From the NCBI GenBank assembly GCA_964538225.1, contig CAZIDW010000005.1:1-35424 (forward strand): a stretch of DNA of 35,424 nt, read 5' to 3'. Under the pieces are notes generated by a model that worked only from the letters and a program-made list of their open reading frames with translations, was not told where the DNA came from and did no database searches. Made by a program: the position numbers and the translations under genes. Below, piece after piece: positions 1 through 8,799 of this stretch; the stretch's first letter is position 1; every line of letters starts with the position of its first letter. The DNA comes from an uncultured Candidatus Peribacteria bacterium. GTDB lineage: Bacteria; Patescibacteriota; Gracilibacteria; UM-FILTER-43-11.

Positions 1-97
1 GCGGGGCCGATAAGACCCCCTACAGCTTTAGCAAAGCCGCCCCTTCAGCCACTTTGGTATCTCTCCGCGAGCGTAGATTAATGTAACCGATAACGGT

Positions 98-1489
98 TTA
101 AAGGTCAATTGTCACCTGAGGCTGCATAATAACTGGATCTGCTTTTGAAAAACCACGGATTCTTTCCGCGAACGGTTCGGACTGATCCGCCTCGCCGTGT
201 ACCAGCAGTACTTTTTTTAGCCCTTTGATGCCTTTTACGTATTTATCCAGGCCATTCATGTCCGCGTGGGCGCTGAAGGCTTCCATAACCACCACTTCCG
301 CCTTCATCTTGTACATGTGGTCGAAGATCTTGAGCTGTTTTTTCCCCTCTACAATTTTGCGTCCTAATGTATTTTCCGCCATATAGCCCACGGCCACCAC
401 GGTGTTTTTGGGGTCTTCGATGTTGTTTTTAAGGTGGTGGCGGATACGGCCGGCTTCACACATCCCGCTGGCGGAGATGATGACGCAGGGGCCGATGAAA
501 TGGTTGAGCTTTTTCGACTCCTCCACATCTGCAATCTGGCGCAGCTGGCGCATGGTGAAGGGGTTTTTGGGGCTTTTAAACTGGGACCGGATTTCCTTGT
601 CATAAAGCTCCGCGTGCTGTTTAAAGATATCCGTGATCGCATTGGCCAGCGGGCTGTCTAAAAATACCGGCAGGTTTTCCGGGATCTGTTTTTCGTGGAT
701 GAGCAGATGCAGGCTGTAAATCAGCTCCTGGCTGCGCTCCAGGGCGAACGCGGGGATGATGATTTTTCCGCCGCGTTTGACGGTACGGTTGATCACGCGC
801 GCCAAGGCTGGGATACCCTCTTCGATCGGATCATGCGTACGGTTGCCGTATGTGCTTTCGCAGAGTAAATAGTCCGCTTTACGCACTACATAAGGGTCGC
901 GGATGATGGGCAGGCGGTAGCGTCCCAAATCGCCTGTGAACACCAGCTTTTTCTTTTTACCATTTTCTTCAATATCTACTTCCACAATCGCCGCGCCCAG
1001 GACATGTCCTGCCTCCCGAAACGTCACACTGACCCCCGGGACGACTTCAAATGGTTTATCATAAGATTCGCCCTTAAAAGATTTCAGCGCCAGCTTGGCG
1101 TCCTCTTGGGTGTAGAGCGGTTCAATGGGCTGTAAAGCCGTGTCCGGATGTTTGCGCGCCATGTATTCCGCGTCACTTTCCTGGATGTAAGCACTGTCCA
1201 TCAGCATGACATCGCACAGGTTTTGGGTGGCCTCGGTGCAATAAATCACTCCTTTAAATCCTTTTTTTACCAGTGTCGGCAGGTTTCCGGAATGGTCGAT
1301 GTGCGCGTGGGAAAGCACTGCCGCGTCTACCTCTCGCGGATTAAAACCGAACCAGCTGTTCTTTTCAAACGCTTCCTGCCGGCGCCCCTGAAACAGCCCG
1401 CAGTCCAGCAGGATTTTTTTACCGTTCACTTCCAGTAAATGCTGTGAGCCGGTTACTTCTAACGCGGCACCATAACTTGTTAATTGCAT
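98..1489 (-). CDS. MBL-fold / beta-CASP family metallo-hydrolase (RNase J/CPSF-like putative ribonuclease)
   Basis: The ORF 98..1534 carries the metallo-beta-lactamase motif HAHIDHSG and a D..H pattern, and has the ~460-aa beta-CASP architecture. I prefer the internal ATG at 1489 (MQLTSYGAALEVTGS...) because homologues start right at the first beta-strand. The 1534 start remains possible. Confidence 0.85.
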   Translation of the reverse strand: MQLTSYGAALEVTGSQHLLEVNGKKILLDCGLFQGRRQEAFEKNSWFGFNPREVDAAVLSHAHIDHSGNLPTLVKKGFKGVIYCTEATQNLCDVMLMDSAYIQESDAEYMARKHPDTALQPIEPLYTQEDAKLALKSFKGESYDKPFEVVPGVSVTFREAGHVLGAAIVEVDIEENGKKKKLVFTGDLGRYRLPIIRDPYVVRKADYLLCESTYGNRTHDPIEEGIPALARVINRTVKRGGKIIIPAFALERSQELIYSLHLLIHEKQIPENLPVFLDSPLANAITDIFKQHAELYDKEIRSQFKSPKNPFTMRQLRQIADVEESKKLNHFIGPCVIISASGMCEAGRIRHHLKNNIEDPKNTVVAVGYMAENTLGRKIVEGKKQLKIFDHMYKMKAEVVVMEAFSAHADMNGLDKYVKGIKGLKKVLLVHGEADQSEPFAERIRGFSKADPVIMQPQVTIDL

Positions 1490-1610
1490 GTTTTCGGTAG
1501 AGGGCCTGGTGGACGATCTAATCGATGGCCTCATTAGGGTGGGTCAGTTTTTCAACAATTAGATCTCCCATCAGGTTTTCGCCCCGGAGGGGCCGGCCGC
1601 CCATTAATCA

Positions 1611-2612
1611 TTATTTTTTAGCGATAAGTTCCGCCACGTCCACCATGCGGCAGGAATAGCCCCATTCATTATCATACCAGGCCAGTATTTTGACCATATT
1701 ATCCTCCATGACCATGGTGTTTTCGGCATCCACAATGGATGAATGGCTGTCCATTTGGAAATCTTTTGAGACCAATGGCCGTTCTTCCACTTCCAGTATG
1801 TTCGGTATTTCGCCCGCCCGTTTTTTCAGGGCGGCGTTCACGTCGTCAGCCGTTACCTCTTTTTTCAATTCAACCGTCAGGTCTACCAGGGAAACGGTCG
1901 GCAGGGGCACGCGCACCGCCATCCCTGTCAGTTTTCCTTTCAGTTCCGGAATCACCAAGCCGACCGCTTTGGCCGCGCCGGTGGTGGTGGGAATCATGCT
2001 TTGGATGCAGCTGCGGGCCCGGCGGGCGTCTTTTGAAGGGCCGTCTAAAATATTCTGGCTGGCTGTGACCGCGTGGATGGTAGTCATAATCCCTCGTTTG
2101 ATGCCGAACGTGTCGTGCAGGGTTTTGGCCACAGGCGCCAGGCAGTTAGTGGTGCAGGACGCGTTGCTCAGTATCTTTTCTTCCCCGGTCAGCACGTCTT
2201 CATTGCATCCCAGCACCACCGTCGCGTCTATGGGTTCATCGCCTTTGGCTGGCGCGGAAAGGAGTACTTTTTTGGCGCCGGCTTGCAGGTGCATACTGGC
2301 CTTTTCTTTGGTGCGGAACACGCCCGTGCATTCCATCACCACATCCACGCCCAAATCACTCCAGGGCAACTGAGTGGGGTCTTTTTCGCTGAACATCTTA
2401 ATCGATTTTCCATCCACCACCATTTCATTGTTTTTTATTTCTACTTTGCCCGGATAGCGCCCGTAAGTGGAGTCGAACTGAAACAAGAGCGCGAGCATCT
2501 TCGGGTCGGAAAGGTCATTGATGGCCACGACCTCCAGGCCGCTTTTGTTTTGCATGATGATATGAAGGATCTGACGACCGATTCGGCCAAACCCATTGAT
2601 TGCGATTTTCAT
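1611..2612 (-). CDS. gap: glyceraldehyde-3-phosphate dehydrogenase
   Basis: The N-terminal Rossmann motif is MKIAINGFGRIGR. The catalytic motif is SNASCTTNCLAP and the C-terminal motif is WYDNEWGYS. The 333-aa length is typical. Confidence 0.97.
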   Translation of the reverse strand: MKIAINGFGRIGRQILHIIMQNKSGLEVVAINDLSDPKMLALLFQFDSTYGRYPGKVEIKNNEMVVDGKSIKMFSEKDPTQLPWSDLGVDVVMECTGVFRTKEKASMHLQAGAKKVLLSAPAKGDEPIDATVVLGCNEDVLTGEEKILSNASCTTNCLAPVAKTLHDTFGIKRGIMTTIHAVTASQNILDGPSKDARRARSCIQSMIPTTTGAAKAVGLVIPELKGKLTGMAVRVPLPTVSLVDLTVELKKEVTADDVNAALKKRAGEIPNILEVEERPLVSKDFQMDSHSSIVDAENTMVMEDNMVKILAWYDNEWGYSCRMVDVAELIAKK

Positions 2613-2637
2613 GATTTTTTATTTAAAGATTAAAAAT

Positions 2638-2943
2638 TTAACGCAGTTCGGCTTGTGCTAATGGCTGACAATCCGGCATTCCCTGTGTTTGCTGTACAGA
2701 ATTTGGATCCTCATAATAACTGATAGCTTCATCAATGCGCCGCATCCAGTCGGTCGTCAGGGCGCCCGGCTCACTGCCGAACGCGAACAGCACTTTAAAA
2801 GCGCCGCGGATTTCCTGAGATAAGTCTTTCTGTTCAGCCGAGAGCTTTTTAAGGCGATAGAGGCCCTGTTCTATAAAATTAAGCTTGTCAGCGATGTGCA
2901 GGATGTTTTCGTTTTCAGAAGGCGCGGAGGGGCTTTCTTTCAT
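2638..2943 (-). CDS. hypothetical small protein (101 aa)
   Basis: An intact ORF packed tightly between prs (15-nt gap) and gap (25-nt gap) on the same strand. I recognise no motif. Confidence 0.5.
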   Translation of the reverse strand: MKESPSAPSENENILHIADKLNFIEQGLYRLKKLSAEQKDLSQEIRGAFKVLFAFGSEPGALTTDWMRRIDEAISYYEDPNSVQQTQGMPDCQPLAQAELR

Positions 2944-2958
2944 GGTTTACAGGGTTAA

Positions 2959-3903
2959 TCAATAAAACCATTTACTGGCTGATTTGTGCTGGGTGACACT
3001 GCTGATGATGTTGGCCAGCAGGGGGGCGATAGAAATCTGTTTTAAGCCTTTAAACTTTTTTTCTTTTGGTAAGGGCATGGTGTTGGTGACCACGACCTCT
3101 TTGTAGCCAGCCTTTGACAGCCGTTTAACGGCCGGGCCGGAGAAGATGGGGTGGGTAGCGGCCAGGTAAAGGTCTTTGGCGCCTTTGTCTTTCAGGGCTT
3201 TGACGGCATTGGTTACACTGCCCGCCGTGTCGATCATGTCGTCATACACAATACACACACGCCCTTTGACTTCACCGACGACATGGGTTACCGCAGACTT
3301 GTTGTGCTCGGGCCGTTTTTTGTGCAGGATGGCAATAGGCGCGCCCAGATCATCCGCCAGCCGTTTAGCGTTTTTGGCGCCGCCGACATCTGGTGAGACC
3401 ACTGTGATGTTTTTCAGTTTTTTCTTTTTAAAGTAGTTGGAAAACAGCCGGTGCACGATGACATTATCCACCGGGACGTCGAAAAACGCCTGGTTTTGGT
3501 CTGAATGCAGTTCAAATGTGATTACGTGGTCCGCGCCCGCTTTTACCAGCAGATCCGCCGTCACCTTCGCGGAAATCGGCTCCCGCGGTACATGCACCTT
3601 ATCCTGCCGCGCGTAGCCGAAATGGGGGAGGATGACATGCACTTTTGTTGCGAACGAAAGCTTGGCGGCGTTGGCCATCAGAAAAAGCTCCATGTAGTCT
3701 TCATTCACAAGTTGGTCCCGACAAGTCTGCACAATAAACACTTCTTGACCGCGCACGGTCTGCTGCAGGGCTACGTATTTTTCCCCGCACGAAAAGGTGG
3801 AAAGCTGTATCTTTCCGAGTTTCTTTTTTAGGGCGCGGGCCAGTTCATCGGCGAGTTCCGGGTGAGAGGAGCCGGAGAAAATGGTGTATTTGTTTTTGGG
3901 CAT
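2959..3903 (-). CDS. prs: ribose-phosphate pyrophosphokinase (PRPP synthetase)
   Basis: It has the FGYARQD motif and the PRPP-binding loop VYDDMIDTAGS, and is 314 aa long. Confidence 0.95.
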   Translation of the reverse strand: MPKNKYTIFSGSSHPELADELARALKKKLGKIQLSTFSCGEKYVALQQTVRGQEVFIVQTCRDQLVNEDYMELFLMANAAKLSFATKVHVILPHFGYARQDKVHVPREPISAKVTADLLVKAGADHVITFELHSDQNQAFFDVPVDNVIVHRLFSNYFKKKKLKNITVVSPDVGGAKNAKRLADDLGAPIAILHKKRPEHNKSAVTHVVGEVKGRVCIVYDDMIDTAGSVTNAVKALKDKGAKDLYLAATHPIFSGPAVKRLSKAGYKEVVVTNTMPLPKEKKFKGLKQISIAPLLANIISSVTQHKSASKWFY

Positions 3904-3946
3904 AGGGCGGTTGAATTAGCATTCGGCATTTATCTTAACATACTCC

Positions 3947-3981
3947 TAAGGACTAAGAAATAAGGATTAAGAACTAAGCTA
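3947..3981. repeat. degenerate heptanucleotide tandem array, TAAGNNN x5
   Basis: The sequence reads taaggac taagaaa taaggat taagaac taagcta. It lies in the cysS-prs intergenic region. Confidence 0.8.
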
Positions 3982-4055
3982 GACAAAGTGTCGATTTTTA
4001 TTTGTTTATAAAAAAAGAGAAAGCACGTGTCTTGCGTAATGATCCGGGATGTTGG

Positions 4056-5468
4056 CTACTTCGGCTCAATCACCGTTGTTTTTCCTGAATCTTTTACCAT
4101 AAAACCAGCCTTCTCGATTTCATCACGCAGTTTATCTGACTTACCCCATTCTTTTTTCCTGCGCGCCTCGTCGCGCTCGATAACCAGTCTTTGGATGTCC
4201 TCCGGTATGCAGACCTTTGGCTTTTCATCTACTTTTAAGCCGAGTACCGTGTCGAATTTTTTAATGGTGGCAAGTTTGTCCGGGTCGCTGATATCCGCAT
4301 CATCCAAAAGCTCCCATGCCGTTGCCAGGGCTTCGGGCATGTTCAGGTCGTCGTTGATGGCGAATTCGAATTCTTTAGTACGAGATTGGTGAATCTCGCC
4401 TTCAGAGCTTCCTAAATTACACACCTTTTCCTTTAATCTGCGGAGGCCGGTTTTGGCGGCATCCAAACCCTCCCAGCTGAAAGTCAGTTCTTTTCTGTAA
4501 TGCGCCTGCAGGCAGAAATAACGGTAATCCAACGCGTCATACCCTTTGTCGATGAGCACTTCGAGCTTCAGAAAGTTGTCCGCAGACTTTGCCATCTTTT
4601 CATCTTTCCTCAGCACCAAAAAGTTTCCATGCATCCAGTAAAGCACCCAGGGTTTTGTGTTGGTGGCGCCTTCGGCCTGGGCGATTTCGTTGGTGTGGTG
4701 TACGGGAATGTGGTCGATGCCGCCGCAGTGGATATCCATCTGTTTTCCTAAATATTTCATCGACATCGCACTGCATTCAATGTGCCAGCCAGGGTATCCG
4801 CGCCCCCAAGGGCTGTCCCATTGCATCTCCTGGTCTTTTCCTTCAGCGGACTCAGAGTCTGCCAAGAATTTGGATTTCGTAAACCAAAGCACAAAGTCGT
4901 GGGGATGTTTTTTGTTCGTGTCTGCTTTGACACGCGGGCAAGTTCGTAATTCCTGTTTATCCTGTTGCGCCAGTTTTCCGTAATCCGGGAATTTAGATGT
5001 GTCGAAATACACATTTCCCCCCGCCGTGTACGTTAATCCGTTTTCTTCCAGCTGTTTGATCTGTTCGATCATCGTGTCGATGTGGTCAGTGGCTTTGGGT
5101 TTGATGTGCGGCATCAGAAGATTCAGGCGGTCCATATCCTCCAAAAACGCCTGCGTGTACTTTTCCGCCAAATCCCACACAGTCATCTTTTCCCGTTTGG
5201 CGCCTTTCAGCATTTTATCTTCCCCCGCATCCGCGTCCGAGGTCAGATGCCCCACATCCGTGATGTTCATCACGTGTTTTACGGGGTAGCCGTTCCACTC
5301 CAACACTCGCCTTAAAATATCTTCAAAAACATACGTCCTTAAATTGCCGATGTGGGCGTAGTTGTACACCGTGGGCCCGCAGGTGTATAATTTTACCTCC
5401 GCCGGGTCGAGCGGTTCGAAAAGCATTTTCTGGCGGGTGAGCGTATTGTATAGATATAAGTCTGACAT
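4056..5468 (-). CDS. cysS: cysteine--tRNA ligase
   Basis: Class I aaRS signatures are present: HIGN (YNYAHIGNLRTY) and KMAKS (the KMSKS variant). The 470-aa length is typical. Confidence 0.97.
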   Translation of the reverse strand: MSDLYLYNTLTRQKMLFEPLDPAEVKLYTCGPTVYNYAHIGNLRTYVFEDILRRVLEWNGYPVKHVMNITDVGHLTSDADAGEDKMLKGAKREKMTVWDLAEKYTQAFLEDMDRLNLLMPHIKPKATDHIDTMIEQIKQLEENGLTYTAGGNVYFDTSKFPDYGKLAQQDKQELRTCPRVKADTNKKHPHDFVLWFTKSKFLADSESAEGKDQEMQWDSPWGRGYPGWHIECSAMSMKYLGKQMDIHCGGIDHIPVHHTNEIAQAEGATNTKPWVLYWMHGNFLVLRKDEKMAKSADNFLKLEVLIDKGYDALDYRYFCLQAHYRKELTFSWEGLDAAKTGLRRLKEKVCNLGSSEGEIHQSRTKEFEFAINDDLNMPEALATAWELLDDADISDPDKLATIKKFDTVLGLKVDEKPKVCIPEDIQRLVIERDEARRKKEWGKSDKLRDEIEKAGFMVKDSGKTTVIEPK

Positions 5469-5500
5469 TACCTGATGTGTTATCCAGATTGCTGACTACA

Positions 5501-5549
5501 GATTAAAGATTAACGATTAAAGATTCAAGATTTAAGATTTAAGATTTTA
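5501..5549. repeat. degenerate heptanucleotide tandem array, GATTNAA x7
   Basis: The sequence reads gattaaa gattaac gattaaa gattcaa gatttaa gatttaa gatttta. It lies in the divergent cysS / GT2 intergenic region. Confidence 0.9.
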
Positions 5550-5575
5550 GGCTCGTTCAGCTATACTATATTCAA

Positions 5576-6487
5576 ATGAAACTTTCCGTCATTATTCCCA
5601 CACATAACCGGGCTGACACGCTCAAAATCTGCCTCCGCAAACTGATGGCGCAGAAAGGGGTGGATTTTGAAGTGATTGTTGTGGATGATGGATCTGCCGA
5701 CAACACTAAAGATGTTGTCTCTGATTTTCAATTTTCAATTTCCAATTCTCACACAAATCACAAATCACAAATCACAAATCTCAAATACATCCGTCAGGAT
5801 GCCTCTCATCAGGGGGTGGCACGGAATAGGGGTGTCGACTCGGCCACGGGTGATGTAATCGTGTTTATCGGGGACGATATTTTTGCTGAACCTGATTTCC
5901 TTGAAAAACACCATGACCGGCACGCGGAATACCCGGATGAGAACGTGGCGGTTTTGGGTTACACCACGTGGGATCCGAGCCTGAATGTGAACAGTTATAT
6001 GAAATTTCTGGAATCCTCAGGTTGGCAATTCGGCTACCAGTTCCTCAATCCCGGCATGATCGGCAAGGCGGAACCTTACAAATTTTTTTACACCTCCAAC
6101 CTCTCCTTAAAGCGCTCACTTTTAGAGAAGGAAAAGTTTAATGAAGACTTTAACTGTTATGGCTGGGAGGATATTGAACTGGGTTATCGGCTGTGGAAAG
6201 ATCATGACATGCAGATCTACTATGAACCGCGGGCAGTGGCTTATCACCATCATGAGATCCAGCCCTCTGATCTGCCGACAAAGATGCACGCGGTGGGCAA
6301 GTCCGCCGTTCATTTTCAGCGTCTTCAGCCCGAGGTGCGGGTTATCCCGCAGGGTTTGAGGCGACGAGCTTTAAAATTGGCTACCAATAACGCTACGTTG
6401 CCGTTAATCCGACTATTCGGAGATCAAATGTATTATAAGTTTCAGTCCTGGAATGAGTTTTTGAAGGGGGTGGAAAATGGAGGTTAA
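5576..6487 (+). CDS. family 2 glycosyltransferase
   Basis: The N-terminus LSVIIPTHNRADTL....VIVVDDGSADNT is typical of the GT-A fold and a DD motif is present. It contains an in-frame repeat insertion at 5724-5786. Confidence 0.9.
   Translation: MKLSVIIPTHNRADTLKICLRKLMAQKGVDFEVIVVDDGSADNTKDVVSDFQFSISNSHTNHKSQITNLKYIRQDASHQGVARNRGVDSATGDVIVFIGDDIFAEPDFLEKHHDRHAEYPDENVAVLGYTTWDPSLNVNSYMKFLESSGWQFGYQFLNPGMIGKAEPYKFFYTSNLSLKRSLLEKEKFNEDFNCYGWEDIELGYRLWKDHDMQIYYEPRAVAYHHHEIQPSDLPTKMHAVGKSAVHFQRLQPEVRVIPQGLRRRALKLATNNATLPLIRLFGDQMYYKFQSWNEFLKGVENGG
5724..5786 (+). repeat. in-frame 63-nt heptad array (ATTNNCA x4 followed by CACAAAT x4 + CTCAAAT) inside the GT2 CDS
   Basis: The sequence reads attttca attttca atttcca attctca cacaaat cacaaat cacaaat cacaaat ctcaaat and encodes FQFSISNSHTNHKSQITNLK. 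The same words recur in intergenic DNA at 12055-12080 (reverse complement), 13394-13424 and 14873-14890. Confidence 0.9.
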
Positions 6488-6494
6488 TCTTCCA

Positions 6495-6573
6495 CTCTGC
6501 CTTTGGCAGAGCGTCCCCCTTAAGGACCCCTTCGTCTCCGCTTCGCGGAGCCATTTCCCCTTATGAGGGGGAA
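6495..6573 (+). other. cluster of three short GC-rich hairpins downstream of the GT2 gene
   Basis: The three hairpins are CTCTGCC-ttt-GGCAGAG (6495-6511), CTCCGC-ttc-GCGGAG (6536-6550) and TTCCCC-ttatga(g)-GGGGAA (6555-6573). They may act as a terminator or belong to a REP-like element. Confidence 0.5.
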
Positions 6574-6591
6574 GACAGGGGAGATTTAGGC

Positions 6592-6620
6592 TTGACATAT
6601 TCTTATAAATATATTAGAAT
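6592..6620 (+). promoter_or_regulatory. near-consensus sigma70-type promoter (TTGACA-17-TAGAAT)
   Basis: TTGACA is at 6592-6597, followed by a 17-nt spacer and TAGAAT at 6615-6620. The TTG of the -35 box is what the ORF track used as the start codon of the 712-aa ORF. Confidence 0.65.
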
Positions 6621-6648
6621 AATCAACCTAATCCTAACCCTCCTTTTT

Positions 6649-8730
6649 GTGTCTGAGAAATCTGATGAATTAAACCAGTTTGCGGAGTCTCTGGAATCAG
6701 AGGCGTTGGATGCTGAAAAAGTCAACGGGCTACAAGAACAAAGCCGGCTGACTGCCTATTTCCGCTTTCTGTTTTTGATGTTGCTGGTTATGGTGGCGGC
6801 TCCGAAGGCAGAGGCGCAGGAGGCGGCAGAATTTAAACCTTCTTTTTTGCGCTATCTGATGCCCACACATCCTAATTTTGCTCCCAATGCCAAACGCTAT
6901 GAAGAGCCGCGTAAGGGCGAATTCGGCGAAATTCCTTTGGTACCCAAAAGCCAGCAGCCTTTTTTATGGCAATGTGATGAGCTGGATGATAATGAGCTCG
7001 AACAAACCCCTTCACCTGTTTTTGAAGCGGCAAAAGAAGTACAAAAAGCTTTTCATTCTAAAAAAGCGGAAGCGAAAACCCGCCTTCGCCAACTCAATAA
7101 GCTGAAAGAATTAATCGATGTCCATGAAAGCGCCCAAAAGGTTTCGCCGGAACTCAGACAGAAGGTGCGGCGCCTTAAGCAAATTTATAAAAATAATGCA
7201 AAAATCATACATTCAGGCTCTGAAACATGGACTGCTTTAGAAGAAGAAGCCACCACATTATTGCGCCATATCGAGTTACAGGTTGTTGCTGAGCGACAGG
7301 CTGGCGCCCGACTGCAACGCTGTGCTAAGCCTCAGGATTTTTTTGATATCGGCAGTCGTATTAAACCCACGGACCCACCGAAATTTGATAATTTTGACAG
7401 TTACAGTGATGAAGGGGTTTCTTTATTGCCCTTCCGCTGTGAAGTTCTGCATCCAACAGATACTACAAAAACCAGCTCCAGTGTTTATATTGCTATTAGC
7501 TTATTGCAGAAGATTATTACTGAACATGTTTTGGTGGCTCTTGAAAGGGAAAAAGATTATATCATTGCCGCTGACCGCGCGACAGGCGAAGTAGGTGATT
7601 CGCCCACCAAAATACAGCGCCGAAACGCTTTAAACGCCCTGAAATCAGGATCCCCTTTAAATACCGCGATACTTGAAGGCGATGCCGGCAGAAACCTGCA
7701 AGGCTGGCTTTCTTTGTTGGAAGAGGTGCGCACATTGCAGGCTAAAGTTTATTATGCTGTCCGCGCTCAGACCAAAGAGGCCCGTAAAATAAGCCGCTGC
7801 AAACCTCCCAGCAAATCGCACCCCCGCCGCCCTTCTGCCAAAGGCACCAAGGCATTGAAGAAGGCAGTGGCTGAAAATGATGTTACAGCACTTAAGGCCG
7901 AGCTTCGCAAACAGCTTTTGGAGCGGGAAAAAATATCAAGTGATCAAATCAACCATGTATTTATTCGTTTTGCTGAAGACGCGGACATAAGATCCCTGGA
8001 TCGTAAAAAAAAGGCTATTGGACAAGCGGCAAGAGAACTTTTTTCCGGTAAAGATTTGGTTTATCATATTTTGAGGAAGGAAATGAAAAATGGCACGCAT
8101 GTTGCCTGTATTATGATTTATGAAAAAGACGCGGGCATGCAACCAAAGACGCAGGCGAAAAAAGACGTCGAAAAAGACACGAATAAAAAATCGGCTGCCA
8201 ACCCAACAGAAACCCTTAAATCCCCCGACGTCCTCCACTCCCGCGCGCTGGTAAAAACCATCAATGATTATCGTAAGCAAAAGGGTCTGCCTGAAATCCC
8301 GATGTCTCCGGCGCTGAACAAGGTGGCCCAGGCCCATGTGAAAGATCTGGCGGAAAACGAACCGCATGATGAGCGGGGCTGTAATCCGCATAGCTGGTCT
8401 GACCGGGCGGGCGAAGGCGCCTCGGGGTGTTGTTATACCCCTAATCATGCCAATGCCGCCTGCATGTGGGACAAACCACGGGAACTTACGAAATACCAAG
8501 GGAATGGCTATGAGATCGCCGCGGTGGGCGTTGGTTCGCCGGAAGAGGCTCTTGCCTTATGGCAGACCAGCACCATGCACCATGCCGCCATCCTGAATAA
8601 AGGCATCTGGAAAGACGCTGACTGGAAAGCCATTGGCGCGGCTGTCCACAATGGGTACGCGGTGGTGTGGTTCGGTAAACAGGCAGTTAAGCGGGCCGAT
8701 AAGACAGATGGTGATAGTGATAAGGAATAA
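6649..8730 (+). CDS. membrane-anchored/secreted protein with C-terminal CAP (SCP/PR-1, YkwD-like) domain
   Basis: The C-terminal ~150 aa (LNKVAQAHVKDLAEN...GYEIAAVG...HHAAILNKGIWKDADWKAIGAAV..GYAVVWFG) match the CAP/SCP pattern. A hydrophobic segment FRFLFLMLLVMVAAPKAEA lies near the N-terminus. I moved the start to the in-frame GTG at 6649 because 6592 lies in the -35 box. The start is uncertain and M63 at 6778 is an alternative. Confidence 0.8.
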   Translation: MSEKSDELNQFAESLESEALDAEKVNGLQEQSRLTAYFRFLFLMLLVMVAAPKAEAQEAAEFKPSFLRYLMPTHPNFAPNAKRYEEPRKGEFGEIPLVPKSQQPFLWQCDELDDNELEQTPSPVFEAAKEVQKAFHSKKAEAKTRLRQLNKLKELIDVHESAQKVSPELRQKVRRLKQIYKNNAKIIHSGSETWTALEEEATTLLRHIELQVVAERQAGARLQRCAKPQDFFDIGSRIKPTDPPKFDNFDSYSDEGVSLLPFRCEVLHPTDTTKTSSSVYIAISLLQKIITEHVLVALEREKDYIIAADRATGEVGDSPTKIQRRNALNALKSGSPLNTAILEGDAGRNLQGWLSLLEEVRTLQAKVYYAVRAQTKEARKISRCKPPSKSHPRRPSAKGTKALKKAVAENDVTALKAELRKQLLEREKISSDQINHVFIRFAEDADIRSLDRKKKAIGQAARELFSGKDLVYHILRKEMKNGTHVACIMIYEKDAGMQPKTQAKKDVEKDTNKKSAANPTETLKSPDVLHSRALVKTINDYRKQKGLPEIPMSPALNKVAQAHVKDLAENEPHDERGCNPHSWSDRAGEGASGCCYTPNHANAACMWDKPRELTKYQGNGYEIAAVGVGSPEEALALWQTSTMHHAAILNKGIWKDADWKAIGAAVHNGYAVVWFGKQAVKRADKTDGDSDKE

Positions 8731-8799
8731 CCACCCATTGCCTTTAAACGCTTTTTTCCTTAATATAATATCCAGTAGAAAAGCTTTTTAGGTAAACCG

